Virus record (IMG/VR): IMGVR_UViG_3300036766_002181
Span: 1 to 64,000 of that record
DNA: 64,000 bases
Strand: one strand, 5' to 3'
Below, piece after piece: positions 53,471 to 62,957 of the stretch. The notes under the pieces are model-generated. The model did no database searches and was not told where the DNA came from. It was given only the letters and a program-made list of their open reading frames with translations. The position numbers were made by a program, and so were the translations under genes. Numbering within the stretch: the first letter of the stretch is position 1; every line of letters begins with the position of its first letter.

Positions 53471-54780
53471 TAGTATTTCTCGCTTGTTAGTTTTAAGTTA
53501 ATTTTATTCTCGGCTTCTTCTTTTGTTATATTCGGGTTATTGTACCAAAGCTCTTTTTGATAAATAAGAAGCTTGCCAAGTATTGGTCCTGGCTTAAGGC
53601 CATACTTTGCCATCAATTCTTCAGAAGAAAAATGAATAATGGGTCCGATAGAGAAAAAAGACTCTAATTCAGAAACCCTGCTGTTCAGTGGCTTTAAAAG
53701 ATCTATGTATCGTTTGTTATTGGATCTAAAAAGATCGGTTCCTGCCCTAAGAATGCTGGTATCAGAATAACTTTCTTTTTTAATTCTTTGAATTGCAATA
53801 ACAATTGCTCTTATTACCCCAAGCTCCTCGTTTGAGAATTTCAATTTAGAACCAATTTTTGATATACCTGTTATGGGATCTAAATGCTCAAACATTAAGG
53901 CCAATTTGCCAAGGTAGTCTTTTCCGGCATTAACTGCCAGTAAAGTACCCTGTTTGTCATTGGCGATTTGTGGAATCACATACGGCATCAATCCAAGATC
54001 ATAAAGATATGACATGCCAACCTCTGGATTTTTGCCTGTTAAAATCTTTTCCAGTTCTTCACGAATTCTTTCTCCTGAAATCAATTGCAGTTCTTTGGCA
54101 TTTTTCTTAATTGAGTCTTTCATAAAATCAGGAACAAAGTAGTTGTATCTTCCTGCAAATCTAGCGGCTCTAAGAAGACGAAGAGGATCCTCTTTAAAAA
54201 TCTTGTCTGGATCTGAAGGAGTCCTGATAATGCCGTTTGCTATGTCTTCTTTTCCATGGCCCGTAAGATCAAGTATCTCACCAGACATAAGATCCATCAA
54301 TAATGCGTTGATTGAAAGATCTCTTCTGGCCACATCACTAAAAATTGATCCAAATTTTGTTGTAGGCTTTCTGGAGCCAGGGTCATACTCCTCCTCTCGG
54401 GTATTGACCACTTCTATATCCACGCCGTCTAGTTTTATTCCGTTATGAACAACTTTATCCAAAGATACCTTTGCCGTTCCAAATTTGGGAAAGATTACAG
54501 GATTTGAATTGGGTCTATAAATTCCTAGATTTCTGGCAAGAAACTCTGCAAACTTAATGCCTCCATCCTCTAACTCAACAACCACATCTACATCCTTTGG
54601 GTCAACTCCCATAACCATGTCTCTAACCGCACCACCGGCCAAATATACCTTGCCAGCAAAAAGCTTGCTGTTTTTAACCGTTTTCTTTAAAAGATCAAGC
54701 GTTGCTGTAATCTGTTCTTTTGTCGGATCTTTGCCGGGTTGGCCTTCCTGAAGCAGAATTACGTCTTTCCAAATGCTCAT
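53470..54780 (-). CDS. cca: CCA-adding tRNA nucleotidyltransferase (class II, no HD domain)
   Basis: YLAGGAVRD...KDVD, REEEY...SRKP loop, RRDLSINAL, EDPLRLLRAARF, ISGERIREEL. Confidence 0.92.
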   Translation of the reverse strand: MSIWKDVILLQEGQPGKDPTKEQITATLDLLKKTVKNSKLFAGKVYLAGGAVRDMVMGVDPKDVDVVVELEDGGIKFAEFLARNLGIYRPNSNPVIFPKFGTAKVSLDKVVHNGIKLDGVDIEVVNTREEEYDPGSRKPTTKFGSIFSDVARRDLSINALLMDLMSGEILDLTGHGKEDIANGIIRTPSDPDKIFKEDPLRLLRAARFAGRYNYFVPDFMKDSIKKNAKELQLISGERIREELEKILTGKNPEVGMSYLYDLGLMPYVIPQIANDKQGTLLAVNAGKDYLGKLALMFEHLDPITGISKIGSKLKFSNEELGVIRAIVIAIQRIKKESYSDTSILRAGTDLFRSNNKRYIDLLKPLNSRVSELESFFSIGPIIHFSSEELMAKYGLKPGPILGKLLIYQKELWYNNPNITKEEAENKINLKLTSEKY

Positions 54781-54788
54781 ACTTCACA

Positions 54789-54803
54789 TTAAATATTGCC
54801 GCA
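54789..54803 (-). promoter_or_regulatory. Putative late-promoter element TGCGGCAATATTTAA
   Basis: Exact 15-mer also at 1828-1842 (+); lies 8 nt before ATG 54780. Confidence 0.55.
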
Positions 54804-54843
54804 TTGTATCTATTTTGAGGGCGGGCTTTGTTAAGAGTTTTTT

Positions 54844-55953
54844 CTAGTGGAGTTCTTTGGACTTTTTAATGTCTTTGTAGTGTTTTTTCAAACTTGACAA
54901 ACAAGTCGAAAGTTGCTTCCCGCTCAGGCCGCTGAGTTCTTTAATATATATCAAAATTGCCCTTTTATTAAGCAAATCAATATTGTCCAAATTGTCTGCA
55001 ATTTGTTTTATTGCACCTACACACAGAATCTCATTCTCTGTTTTAACCTTATGCGTAAGCTCGCCAATAACCTCATGAAGAAGTTTGTTTTGTTCGACCT
55101 TTGCAAGCATGTCCTCATAAGAAGGCACGACATTAAATGATTCAAACTGGTCTATATCATTTTTGGAAAAGGATTCTCTGTCGTCTGCGCTTATATAGGT
55201 CTTAATTCTTTTAACGTTTTGTTTGGATTTTATGGTTAACCAGTTTTTGCCAACAACATTAAAATAGGAAAAGGCCTTTGTTCCCTTTGTTGCATCAAAC
55301 TTATTAACCGTTGTATAGAGAAACTCAAGACATTCTGCCTTAAGATTTTTCTTTGATTCATAAAGAACCTTAAAGCCATAAACGTTTATTAGATTTTCTA
55401 CAAGAGAATCAAAGGCAGGGAGAATGTGCTTGACATATAACTCTTCTTTTTTTGCAGGGGTTTCTGCTTTTTGGTATTCAACTATATGCTCCTGGGTTTG
55501 CATATCGAAATAATTGTTTGACTTGGTGCCCGGCTTTCTTTTTATTATTCTTCTTTCTTTTTTATTATTGGCCACGCCCACCAGGACAGTTGGGCCTGCT
55601 GGCACAACGACGCTGTGTGCCATCGATAAGGATGCCTCTATGACTGGTAGTGGCGGCGTGGATTGTGCCTTGGAAGAAGCTTTAATTTTTTTGTTAGTAA
55701 TAGTGACAGTAGGCTTGCTTGTTTTTGTTTCTTGCCTAACAAGCTTAAAAGAAGAAGAGGGAGAGGAATGTGCTCTCTTTTTTGTGGCTTGTTTTTTGCT
55801 TGATAACCTTTTTGTTAATCTCTTTTTAACGGCCTTGATCTGATGATGGTGGCGGCGGCGGCGTTGTCTTGATTGATGCCTCTTGCCTTTTCCGGCACTT
55901 CTGGTGCCAGTCGTGTTGCTGTTGCCTTTTTTATTATTGGTTTTTTTCAACAC
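54844..55953 (-). CDS. RNA polymerase sigma-like factor with a long basic N-terminal extension; start uncertain (GTG 55953 or ATG 55623)
   Basis: Region 2-like ECLEFLYTTVNKFDATKGTKAFSYFNVVGKNWL; C-terminal helix-turn-helix-like KRAILIYIKELSGLSGKQLS. Confidence 0.7.
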   Translation of the reverse strand: MLKKTNNKKGNSNTTGTRSAGKGKRHQSRQRRRRHHHQIKAVKKRLTKRLSSKKQATKKRAHSSPSSSFKLVRQETKTSKPTVTITNKKIKASSKAQSTPPLPVIEASLSMAHSVVVPAGPTVLVGVANNKKERRIIKRKPGTKSNNYFDMQTQEHIVEYQKAETPAKKEELYVKHILPAFDSLVENLINVYGFKVLYESKKNLKAECLEFLYTTVNKFDATKGTKAFSYFNVVGKNWLTIKSKQNVKRIKTYISADDRESFSKNDIDQFESFNVVPSYEDMLAKVEQNKLLHEVIGELTHKVKTENEILCVGAIKQIADNLDNIDLLNKRAILIYIKELSGLSGKQLSTCLSSLKKHYKDIKKSKELH

Positions 55954-56413
55954 TATTGCCGCCTTTTTCTTTTTCTCTGTCCTCTGCCTGTTTGCGTAAC
56001 ATGGCCAGCTCTTCCTGCTCTTCGTCCTCTTCAATTATAATGTATTTCTGCTTGCTTCTATCAACAAACTTTTTGATCATGGTATTAAGATCAAATTTGG
56101 CCATTCTAACAGAATCCATAACCCCTCTGACAAGGTGCTGAACTTCTGGGGTATCGAAGAACATTTTCATCTCCAAGACTCCATTAACAGAATTCTCTAC
56201 ATTATTAAGGGAGTCAATAACCTGAGAAAAGTCATCTTCCAATATCATGATAATCATAACGAATCTATATAGATAAAAACAAGCCACGCCAAGTAGTGAT
56301 AGCAATACAACGATGGTTGCGATTAGGGGATAAAAATAAAATGAAAAGCCAAGTAGTCCAAGACAAAAGGTGGTTGAGGCAAAATAAAGAACATAATCAA
56401 AAAATCGTTTCAT
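55934..56413 (-). CDS. Membrane-anchored coiled-coil protein
   Basis: Two N-terminal hydrophobic segments followed by a charged helical region. Confidence 0.75.
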   Translation of the reverse strand: MKRFFDYVLYFASTTFCLGLLGFSFYFYPLIATIVVLLSLLGVACFYLYRFVMIIMILEDDFSQVIDSLNNVENSVNGVLEMKMFFDTPEVQHLVRGVMDSVRMAKFDLNTMIKKFVDRSKQKYIIIEEDEEQEELAMLRKQAEDREKEKGGNSVEKNQ

Positions 56414-56427
56414 AAAATCCGATTGGC

Positions 56428-57633
56428 CTATTCTTTGGCAATCAATTCATTAAAGAAATCATTATATTGTTTTTCAATTGCTTCTGGGCTATGAGAAATG
56501 AGAAGTTTCTCTTTTAATTCTTTTGCCCATCCTGCCGGTACAGAAGGGCTTTCAAAGAATTTTCTCATTTTTCTCTTGGCATCTGCCTCTACCGGATAGG
56601 CCCATCTTGCATCTTTAATAAAGATACTGTTGTCAATTCTACTTTGATGAATTGGTTTTAATTCGTAATCAACCTTAATATACTTTCCCTGCCTAAGAAA
56701 TTCTGTCTGGGCAGACCAATCTGTAACGATTACAGGCAAGCCACAGGTTGCTGCCTCTAGAGTTGGAAGTGAAAAACCTTCTCCGCGAGTAAGGTTTAAA
56801 AGGGCCTTTATCTTTGGATTGGTGTATAAGCTTACGACCTCTGTATCTTCCATGTGGCCATGAAGAAGATATACTTTTGCCTTGCTTTGAATCAATTTCT
56901 GACACTCTGCCACAATGGCGGCCAGGGTTCTCACAGAGGCGGCCTTGTCTGCCGTTGTGTTACGACCGAAGTTTGTTTTAACAACAAGTCCAACGGAAGG
57001 ATTATCCTTAAACTCTTCTAGGAACCACTTGATGGTATATGCAATATTTTTTCTATCATTTTCAGGATTGTTTCCTGTAAATTGAGAAACTACCAAAAAA
57101 TTAAAATCTGCCTCTGTTAAAAGGGATGTTAATTCTTGATTTTCTTTGGTTTCTGAGCCTGCTCGACAAGCCTCAAACCAGGATTCAGGAATAACCTTTA
57201 GAGGCACTTTAATTTGGCCAGAATTTTCAAGAGTTCTTTTTATGTGTTCTGAAGGCACAAGAACGGCACTCATTCTATTAATGCAATCAATCCACACGGG
57301 ATTGCATCTGTCTGTTTCAACCGCAGCAGTCAGACCAATATTGGCCTTTGCCAAAAATGGATCCCATTCATTTGGAAGCTGCAATTGAAAACTATAATCA
57401 TATATCGCATCTTTATTTTTGTTGCTATTTTGAATAATCTGACCAATTAAGCCATTACAGGCCTTTGGATCGACGAACCAGGGAGTTGTTCCCCAGGGAA
57501 CCGGATCAAAGACAACCTGAATATCTCGCTCTTGATTTTCTTGTCTATTTAAAAACCATCTAGCAATCTGTCGGGCGTGAACCCCATAACCTGCACCTGT
57601 GAGCACTGGTGCTCTGAAAATTATAGTTTTCAC
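56428..57633 (-). CDS. GT-B (GT4-like) glycosyltransferase
   Basis: RGEGFSLPTLEAATCGLPVIVT (EX7E motif). Confidence 0.92.
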   Translation of the reverse strand: MKTIIFRAPVLTGAGYGVHARQIARWFLNRQENQERDIQVVFDPVPWGTTPWFVDPKACNGLIGQIIQNSNKNKDAIYDYSFQLQLPNEWDPFLAKANIGLTAAVETDRCNPVWIDCINRMSAVLVPSEHIKRTLENSGQIKVPLKVIPESWFEACRAGSETKENQELTSLLTEADFNFLVVSQFTGNNPENDRKNIAYTIKWFLEEFKDNPSVGLVVKTNFGRNTTADKAASVRTLAAIVAECQKLIQSKAKVYLLHGHMEDTEVVSLYTNPKIKALLNLTRGEGFSLPTLEAATCGLPVIVTDWSAQTEFLRQGKYIKVDYELKPIHQSRIDNSIFIKDARWAYPVEADAKRKMRKFFESPSVPAGWAKELKEKLLISHSPEAIEKQYNDFFNELIAKE

Positions 57634-59036
57634 TTATGTTGCTCCCCTTCTTCGATGGCCTTTAGATTTATGGGAGTCAAAGTCCAATTGCCTCTCCCGG
57701 CCTTTTTCTTTTCTTTAAAGTCACCAATGCAGCCATCAAGAGTCTTGTCCCAATCTTTAATCATATTGTCATAGTTGAAGGCATAGTCGGCATAGTCTAT
57801 AACCTTGTTTTTCATTTTTTCTTTTTCTTCAAAAGTCATTTCAAACAGCCTCAAAAGTCCATTGGCAACGTCTTCGTCTGCTGCAAAGTCCTCGTAAATG
57901 TAAGGCACCAATTGCGAACCCACGAGAGATCTCTTAACAGGCTTAAGGGCAACTCCATTTTCAGAGCCATCTCTTGGATCAATTGCCTTGCTTGTTTCTC
58001 CGCCCGTGCAAAGAGCAACTACTGGCTTTCCACACTGTAATGCTATCAGGCCCTGAAGTCCATAACCCTCTGCCTTAGAAATGTTAATTGTTGCATCAAC
58101 CGAGTTTTGTAAAAGATTCATTTTGTCAAACTGAAGCTTCTCTGTAGAGAACCAAACGGTATCCTGAAGACCAAGAAGTTCGGTTATTGCAAATAGATTT
58201 GGGCCTTCTTTATCCTTTGGGTCTGTATGCATAATCAACAATGCGTTGTTATGTCCGTGCTTTGCCTGAAGCTTTTCTAAAAACTTCTTCCAGCATACAA
58301 GCAAGTCTCCTGGCATTTTTCTATGAGCATTTCTATTAACCCACAAAACCTTAAACCAATCTTTTTTATCTTCACCAAAATTTTCTGCCTTTGTCCTATC
58401 AAGATCTTCTGGTGGAATTGGAAAATAAACATTTTTTGGAAAGGTATGAGGAATATAGTGAGTTTTATCTGGAAAGTTTGGCTTAATAAGATCATAGGTT
58501 TTCTGTGCCAAGCAATTGATTAAATCAGTTGCCTCATACCAGGGATTATTAAATGCAGGATAGGGATCGTTATCCCAGACATGCCAATATGCAATAGGAC
58601 AAACCTGATGAATTTCGTCTTCCATTTCCCACAGCCAAACAAACTGTCTGGGATCTGTAAATATAACAATTGCATCTGGTCTTTCTGTAACCAACAGGCT
58701 TCTTAAAAGCTCCTTGGACCCAAAGCCATCAACAGGCTTTATTATAAAATCAGGATTGATGGCAACCGTATCATATTTTTCATGTTTTATTGCCCCGCCC
58801 AAACAACGAAAGGTATATCTTCCTGTTTTGATTAAGCCCTCAATAAGAAACCTAGACTGTACGCCAACCCCAGAAACACAAACCTGCATATCGGATATAA
58901 AGATGATTTTGTGTTTTTTTATTGGTCTAATAAACAAGTCATCATCATCATTGTCTTTTAAGATTGTATGCTGAGTATTTGATGTAATCAAAAGAGGTAA
59001 CTCGCCGCCGCTGTCTTCTGCCGGTGATATGGTCAT
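57630..59036 (-). CDS. GT-B (GT4-like) glycosyltransferase, degenerate EX7E
   Basis: SGVGVQ, VNRNAHRK, AEGYGLQGLIALQCGKPVV. Confidence 0.88.
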   Translation of the reverse strand: MTISPAEDSGGELPLLITSNTQHTILKDNDDDDLFIRPIKKHKIIFISDMQVCVSGVGVQSRFLIEGLIKTGRYTFRCLGGAIKHEKYDTVAINPDFIIKPVDGFGSKELLRSLLVTERPDAIVIFTDPRQFVWLWEMEDEIHQVCPIAYWHVWDNDPYPAFNNPWYEATDLINCLAQKTYDLIKPNFPDKTHYIPHTFPKNVYFPIPPEDLDRTKAENFGEDKKDWFKVLWVNRNAHRKMPGDLLVCWKKFLEKLQAKHGHNNALLIMHTDPKDKEGPNLFAITELLGLQDTVWFSTEKLQFDKMNLLQNSVDATINISKAEGYGLQGLIALQCGKPVVALCTGGETSKAIDPRDGSENGVALKPVKRSLVGSQLVPYIYEDFAADEDVANGLLRLFEMTFEEKEKMKNKVIDYADYAFNYDNMIKDWDKTLDGCIGDFKEKKKAGRGNWTLTPINLKAIEEGEQHK

Positions 59037-59091
59037 TATTTATCTCTCGCCCTTTATAATATGCTTTTTAAACTTGAAATTGTTTGCCTTT

Positions 59092-60246
59092 TTACCAGCG
59101 CTGCTCCCAAAAAGAATCTCCTGAGAGATTGTTTAATCTCTCCTTCTCTAAAACCTCTCGATAAATTCTTTCTATCTTGTTAATATTGGTTTCCAAGGAA
59201 AGATATTCGTTATATCTTTTTTTGGCATTAACACTTAATTCTTCTCTATACTCTGGGCTGTTTTTTAGCCTTAACATTTCAGCAATATAGTCTCCTTCTG
59301 TTTCCACAACATTACCGGCATTGCCAATAGTCTCTTTATGGCCCATTGCCGGGGCTACGTGGCTGATTACGGGCAGGCCGTGGTACATGGCCTCTGCTAT
59401 GGCCAACCCCATTGTCTCGCCGTCAGAACGCCCGTGGGCGAAGACATCGAGGGTTTCTAGAAAATCATTTTGGTCCTTCTCGTCGCCGGAATGAGAAATA
59501 TGATGAAAATTCTTTAAACCAAGCTCTTGTGCCTGTTTTTGATATTTGTCTCCCCCGCCCATTAAGACAAAGTGGGTATCTTCATTTTCGATTTTGCCAT
59601 AAGCCTGCAATGGAACAGGAGACATAATTCCATCATCTGCCCTTTGGTGCATCCCATAAACAAAGTCTGTTTTTGATATACCAAGTTTTTCTCTAAAACT
59701 TGATGCCTTATCAATTTCAGGAACCTCAGAACATATGGGAACAATTTCTATAAGACTAGAATTGCCGCCTGCCCTTACCCAAGAGTCTGCCTGCCACTGG
59801 CTTATATGAATTGATTTCTTTATAAGGGGATTTTTGTCTGCCATTCCTGGCAGGGTAATAATATCAATAATTGGAGTTTTCTTTATTTCGGTAAAGGGAT
59901 ATTCGGGATGACCAGCACGGCCTGTTTGGATTATGTCGTAATCCTCTTCTTTAAAAAGCGACCAAAAATTTGTATTAATCCAAGGATGGTGAGGCTTTGT
60001 TATATCCTTGGCTTCCAAATCAAACTTAACAAGTTTAACATTAGAATTTTCAACATAGGCCTTTCTGAAGGAATCCGTGTCAGGATGTTTCCAACTTGAT
60101 CCAACATAGGGGACAGAATCGCAATAAAAACAGGTTACATCGAAGTCCTCTTTTTTCTTGGCTAGATTTACGGCAATAGTCTGAAGAAACCTTTCTGTGC
60201 CGCCAGTGGCAAGAGCACAAAATTTCACTACTGCAACTTTAATCAT
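59092..60246 (-). CDS. GT-B (GT4-like) glycosyltransferase
   Basis: GGTER, DVFAH...GETMGLAIAEAMYHGLPVI. Confidence 0.92.
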   Translation of the reverse strand: MIKVAVVKFCALATGGTERFLQTIAVNLAKKKEDFDVTCFYCDSVPYVGSSWKHPDTDSFRKAYVENSNVKLVKFDLEAKDITKPHHPWINTNFWSLFKEEDYDIIQTGRAGHPEYPFTEIKKTPIIDIITLPGMADKNPLIKKSIHISQWQADSWVRAGGNSSLIEIVPICSEVPEIDKASSFREKLGISKTDFVYGMHQRADDGIMSPVPLQAYGKIENEDTHFVLMGGGDKYQKQAQELGLKNFHHISHSGDEKDQNDFLETLDVFAHGRSDGETMGLAIAEAMYHGLPVISHVAPAMGHKETIGNAGNVVETEGDYIAEMLRLKNSPEYREELSVNAKKRYNEYLSLETNINKIERIYREVLEKERLNNLSGDSFWEQRW

Positions 60247-60302
60247 TGTTGGCCACCATCACCAAATTGCTGAATAAAATCAATTTTGTATAACTTATAT
60301 CT

Positions 60303-60310
60303 ATATTTAT
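60303..60310 (+). promoter_or_regulatory. Putative late-promoter motif ATATTTAT
   Basis: 4 nt before ATG 60315 of the sulfotransferase. Confidence 0.45.
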
Positions 60311-60314
60311 TTTT

Positions 60315-61019
60315 ATGAACATTTTGGTTGCCGGAATGATGAGATCAGGAAGCACTTTGCTTTTTAACATGATTGTAAAAATCTATAAAACACAAATGCC
60401 AGCCAAGAAACTTCATATAAAAAGATTTGAGTGGCTAAAACAAAAGGCTGCCTCTGAGCCGACGAACGATATCGTTTGTACAAAGACGCACATGCCAAGT
60501 GAGCCTGGATTAAAATGGGCAAATCTTATATTCACAACAAAAAGAGATATTAGAGATTCTTGTGCCTCTGGTTGGCGAAGGCGAGAAAATGATTATAAAA
60601 AAAGAAAAACAAGAACTCTGGGTAAAAAAGATGAAGTTTTACAAACGCTATGCAAGCAAAATATAGCCTATTTTAATGAATGGAAAAAACATACAAGCTA
60701 TGAACTTGTTTATGAAAGATATATGACCGAGCCATTAGTGGTAATTGAAGAGGTTTCAAAAGTGCTTAATCTACCAATTAATGATCCGATAGCGCTTAAA
60801 TCAATTTATGATTATTTAGAATTCCTACCAACTGATAAAAATTTAAATGACAAAAAAGAACATCCTGAAACCTTATTATCAAAGGATCATAAAACAAACA
60901 ATGGAGAAATTGGTGGCTATAAAAAAACTCTAAACAAACAAGAAATAAAAGACTTACAGGCTCTTTGCAAAGATTGGCTTATAGAAAATGGCTATCCTCC
61001 TTCAGAAGACAATTCTTGA
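60315..61019 (+). CDS. PAPS-dependent sulfotransferase-like protein
   Basis: 5'-PSB loop AGMMRSGSTLL, KTH, 3'-PB motif KRDIRD...S, YERY. Confidence 0.8.
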   Translation: MNILVAGMMRSGSTLLFNMIVKIYKTQMPAKKLHIKRFEWLKQKAASEPTNDIVCTKTHMPSEPGLKWANLIFTTKRDIRDSCASGWRRRENDYKKRKTRTLGKKDEVLQTLCKQNIAYFNEWKKHTSYELVYERYMTEPLVVIEEVSKVLNLPINDPIALKSIYDYLEFLPTDKNLNDKKEHPETLLSKDHKTNNGEIGGYKKTLNKQEIKDLQALCKDWLIENGYPPSEDNS

Positions 61020-61915
61020 ATTTCTAAAATATGCCAGATCTGAAGACCTTTGAACTTTTCTACTCCGTGCTGTTTAATCATTTTTCTTATTTCTTGTAAG
61101 TGCCAATTATTCTTTCGATGATCTTCATAAAGATTTAAACTCGGAAGACAATTGGATTTTGACCGCCATTCTTCAGGTATGGCGGTCACTAGAGCATTCG
61201 GATCCTCCATGGTAATCTTATATGTTTGATTTATCGAATCATCCGACTTGTTGCTCAGGGTTTTTTCTATACATCTATACCAGGCTTGTTTTATTTGAAA
61301 GGATTTCCAATCAGAAAATTGATAATGAAATACTGCTCCATATTTTGGATTTAGGCGTATCAGCATATCTTCAGAATTGTTTCCTGGGGTTCTTCCTTTA
61401 TGGATTAGTCCCTCTTCTGCGGAAATTTTTCCATCATCACAAACAATAAAGTCTTTAAAATTGTTGCTCCATACACTTTTGTCATCTCTATAATGGTCCA
61501 GAGACTTCCACATGGCCAGCCATTGCATTGTTATTTTTTGTCCTGGCAAAAGAGTTTCCATAACCTTTTTTGCCTTGAGATGAAAATTGGCAGTAAAGGC
61601 CTCATCTGCATCAAGACAAACAAAGTGCGTTCCATTCCTCTGTCTTCCAAGCTCTAGGAGTTTTTGTCTAAGTTTCTCAACAGGATAATCTTTCTTTTCT
61701 GCGATTCCTGGACTTATAAGGATTGGAATTTTAAACTCTCTGCTTGCCTTTTCTAAAACTTCTACACTTCTATCTGTAGAAAAATCATCAATCGCAACAA
61801 TCTCGTCAACGACGCCTGTCAAAGAAGAAACAAGTGATTTAAGAAATTTCTCTTCATTTTTGAAGGCAAATAACGCAACTGGTCTAAATTTGTTCATCAT
61901 TTCCAATTTTGTCAA
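60992..61915 (-). CDS. GT-A (GT2-like) glycosyltransferase
   Basis: FKNEE, IVAIDDFSTDRS, CLDADE, FHYQ. Confidence 0.9.
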   Translation of the reverse strand: MTKLEMMNKFRPVALFAFKNEEKFLKSLVSSLTGVVDEIVAIDDFSTDRSVEVLEKASREFKIPILISPGIAEKKDYPVEKLRQKLLELGRQRNGTHFVCLDADEAFTANFHLKAKKVMETLLPGQKITMQWLAMWKSLDHYRDDKSVWSNNFKDFIVCDDGKISAEEGLIHKGRTPGNNSEDMLIRLNPKYGAVFHYQFSDWKSFQIKQAWYRCIEKTLSNKSDDSINQTYKITMEDPNALVTAIPEEWRSKSNCLPSLNLYEDHRKNNWHLQEIRKMIKQHGVEKFKGLQIWHILEIQELSSEGG

Positions 61916-62103
61916 GTATAAGGGGTGACTTTAACATCAACATCAGAAACGCACTGTAGAGGTGCTACCACCGATATCAAATAACATTTAGAATCACACG
62001 ATTGAATATAGTTTACAGCATCTTCTTTTGATTCATATGAAGTTGAATAAAGATCCTCGCTCTCGGTTAGCTCAATAACAACAAATTCGCCACCAACCCT
62101 CAA
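61912..62103 (-). CDS. Small acidic hypothetical protein
   Basis: 63 aa filling the gap between two GT genes, with an overlap on one side. Confidence 0.5.
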   Translation of the reverse strand: MRVGGEFVVIELTESEDLYSTSYESKEDAVNYIQSCDSKCYLISVVAPLQCVSDVDVKVTPYT

Positions 62104-62105
62104 AC

Positions 62106-62957
62106 CTAACCAACCTCCTTTGCATCACCAAAATTTATCATATGCCTTACATCATATCCTCTCTCTGCGACAGAAGCCACATATTGTTGAGATATTTTGT
62201 CTAAAATATTATATCTCAGTTCAATCATTGTTCTTTCAATGGGCTGAACACCATCTCCCCTGGTACTTAAGCCTTTTTGTTCATCAAGATAATATCCTAA
62301 AATTCCTGGGACCATTCCTATTTTATAGTTTTTTGCAAGTCTAATGGCAAAATCAAAGTCTGCTCCTGATTTTAGTTGCTCATCAAAATAACCAATTTTA
62401 TTAATTACTTCTTTTTTAAACATAAAAAATGGACCAAGATGCATTCCTCTTTCAAGCTCTTTTGGATTTTCAATTGTAAAAGAATGGTCTACAAGCTTGC
62501 CGGTTTTCAATCCTGGCTTATTCACGATAACAAAATTTCCATGAACCACATCATAATCCCTTTTATTAAACAAAAATTCTATTTGTTTAAAAATGCTATC
62601 AGGGGTTCTTAAATCATCCACATTCCAAATAGCCAAATATTCGCCTGAAGCCTCTTGAATACACCTATTCATAGAAACCCCAATTGGGTCCACAGGAGAT
62701 GCTATAATATGTCTGATTCTATTTGGATATTTTTCTTGAAATTCTTTAACCAACAAAATTTCTTCTTCAGAGGGTTCATTGTGATCAAGAACGACTTCTA
62801 GGTATTCGAAACAATGTTGCCTTGGAAGCTCTTCTAAGAAGAGCTTAAGATAATTCTTCATTTTATAACAGGGCGTAATTGTGCTTACTTTTATTCCCCT
62901 GTTATCATCTATTAAAACTTGTGTCATAATATGATAAGGCCTCCTTAACTCCAACAT
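62106..62957 (-). CDS. GT-A (GT2-like) glycosyltransferase
   Basis: VSTITPCY, N..IQEASGEYLAIWNVDD, IGYFDEQLKSGADFDFAIR. Confidence 0.92.
   Translation of the reverse strand: MLELRRPYHIMTQVLIDDNRGIKVSTITPCYKMKNYLKLFLEELPRQHCFEYLEVVLDHNEPSEEEILLVKEFQEKYPNRIRHIIASPVDPIGVSMNRCIQEASGEYLAIWNVDDLRTPDSIFKQIEFLFNKRDYDVVHGNFVIVNKPGLKTGKLVDHSFTIENPKELERGMHLGPFFMFKKEVINKIGYFDEQLKSGADFDFAIRLAKNYKIGMVPGILGYYLDEQKGLSTRGDGVQPIERTMIELRYNILDKISQQYVASVAERGYDVRHMINFGDAKEVG

Noticed and set aside
55934-56413. Holin or spanin call for the two-TM coiled-coil protein
   Set aside because: No endolysin or lipoprotein partner nearby and no diagnostic motif; left as a membrane protein.
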